A stretch of 64,000 bases of DNA. Source: an uncultured Chloroflexia bacterium (GTDB lineage Bacteria; Chloroflexota; Limnocylindria; Limnocylindrales; CSP1-4). The position numbers and the translations under genes are program-made. The first letter of the stretch is position 1, and every line of letters starts with the position of its first letter. A model generated the notes under the pieces. That model ran no database searches, was not told where the DNA came from, and saw only the letters and a program-made list of their open reading frames with translations. The DNA lies in NCBI GenBank assembly GCA_963821595.1, contig CAWGEL010000028.1:202201-266200 (forward strand). Direction: 5' to 3'. This document shows positions 63,084-64,000 of this stretch, piece after piece.

Positions 63084-64000
63084 TCAGCCACGATGCGGCT
63101 CCACGCCGTTCCCGGTCGTCGCGTGCGAACCCCCCGGCTGCACGCCTCGCAGGCGTTCCTCGGCCAGGACCAGGGCCCCGACCAGCCCGACCGCGTCGCC
63201 GAGGGCGGCCGGGACGATCCGCGCGCGCGCGCCCTGCCGACGGAAAGCCAGCGCCCGCACCGCCGCTCGCGCCGGGTCCAGCCAGGCGTCACCCTGGCCC
63301 GCGGCCAGCCCGCCGCCCACGACGACCAGCTCCGGGTTGAACACGTCGACGATCGCGACGCAGGATTGGGCGAACGCGTCGCGAGCGTCGGCCATGATGG
63401 CGACGGCGAGCGGGTCGCCGACCTGCTCCGCCTCGGCCACGTGGCGGCCGCCGAAGGCGGGGCCGTGAAGGACGATCAGGTCCGCCAGGGGCCCGACGGT
63501 GCCCGCCGGGCACGCCCGCCGCGCGGCTCTGGCGATGCCGCTCCCGGAGGCGATCGCCTCCAGGTGGCCACGCGCGCCGCAGGCGCAGTCAGGCCCGGTC
63601 CGGTCCACGACGAGGTGCCCGAGCTCGCCCGCCGCCCCATCGGGTCCGCGCAGCAGTCGCCCGTCGCTCACGATGGCCCCGCCGATGCCGGTCGAGACCG
63701 TGAGATAGACGAAGTCGCGGCACCCGCGGGCGACGCCGAACGTTCCCTCGGCGAGTGCCGCCACCTGGGTGTCGCGATCGAGCACCGCCGGCAGGCCCGT
63801 CGCCTCGGAGAGTGCCGCCGCGAGCGGCACGTCCCGGAACGCCGGCCCGAGATTGGGCGGATCCACGACCACGCCGTGATCAGGATCGACCGGGCCGGGC
63901 GACGAGATCCCGACGACCCACGGAGCCTCTCCGCCAGCCGCACGATGGGCGTCACGTGCCGCCCGGACCGCGGAGATGCACGCCGCGACGACGGCGTCGA
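63084..64000 (-). CDS. ROK-family sugar kinase / regulator; the 5' end lies beyond the window
   Basis: VVGISSPGPVDPDHGVVVDPPNLG...LTVSTGIGGAIVSDGRLLRGPDGAAGELGHL...CACGARGHLEAIASG (ROK CxCGxxGCxE motif). The first 'M' of track ORF 63084..63872 is an internal GTG. Confidence 0.75.
   Translation of the reverse strand, partial: DAVVAACISAVRAARDAHRAAGGEAPWVVGISSPGPVDPDHGVVVDPPNLGPAFRDVPLAAALSEATGLPAVLDRDTQVAALAEGTFGVARGCRDFVYLTVSTGIGGAIVSDGRLLRGPDGAAGELGHLVVDRTGPDCACGARGHLEAIASGSGIARAARRACPAGTVGPLADLIVLHGPAFGGRHVAEAEQVGDPLAVAIMADARDAFAQSCVAIVDVFNPELVVVGGGLAAGQGDAWLDPARAAVRALAFRRQGARARIVPAALGDAVGLVGALVLAEERLRGVQPGGSHATTGNGVEPHRG

Overview
The window is very high-GC (about 70-73%) chromosomal DNA with Actinobacteria-like gene content. 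It carries an fhaA-fhaB-rodA-pbpA cell-division cluster, a DUF4446 protein, a Ruc/FmdB-like zinc-ribbon protein and a MoxR-DUF58-transglutaminase triad. Most genes lie on the minus strand. Start and stop codons overlap by four bases (GTGA or ATGA) at 11 or more junctions.

I call about 58 protein-coding genes and one tRNA-Met(CAT). I found no transposase, integrase or CRISPR array.

The six-frame track is misleading in two ways. High GC produces very long antisense shadow ORFs, for example 2092..6375 and 59..1330. Many conserved genes are split across reading frames by single-base indels, and most of these are +1 insertions. The affected genes are ftsH (4 or more shifts), mrfA (about 10), mrfB, trpB2, thpR, ychF, murI, a DnaB-C-like ATPase and an FtsB-like gene. 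I read this as assembly or polishing error, not gene decay. Those genes are called across frames with approximate shift positions.

The main loci are:
- NfeD-SPFH, beside the first REC+MinD/ParA (CpaE/Ssd-like) ATPase.
- tyrA and a Nudix hydrolase.
- An orphan LuxR-type response regulator.
- A standalone trpB2 next to thpR.
- tRNA-Met, then ftsH.
- A MrfA/MrfB-like helicase-exonuclease pair.
- A sugar ABC transporter.
- A long minus-strand operon at 26.6-35.2 kb: agmatinase, methyltransferase, the second REC+MinD/ParA ATPase, murI, a DUF2342 zincin, a D-2-hydroxyacid dehydrogenase, ychF and a PfkB kinase.
- Two M20-family hydrolases.
- A UvrD-type helicase fused to an Fe-S RecB-type nuclease.
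- rarA and vapBC.
- A serC-like / serA / histidine-phosphatase serine operon.
- A YihY / HTH / FmdB(Ruc-like) / zinc-ribbon cluster and a ROK kinase.

Several perfect short tandem repeats stand out. A 14-bp unit occurs seven times upstream of rarA. An 18-bp unit occurs five times inside a small pbpA-coupled membrane ORF. A 12-bp unit occurs five times at the 5' end of the phosphatase gene. A 25-bp unit occurs 2.3 times after mrfB. A palindrome GAGTCC-N4-GGACTC occurs twice in one intergenic spacer.
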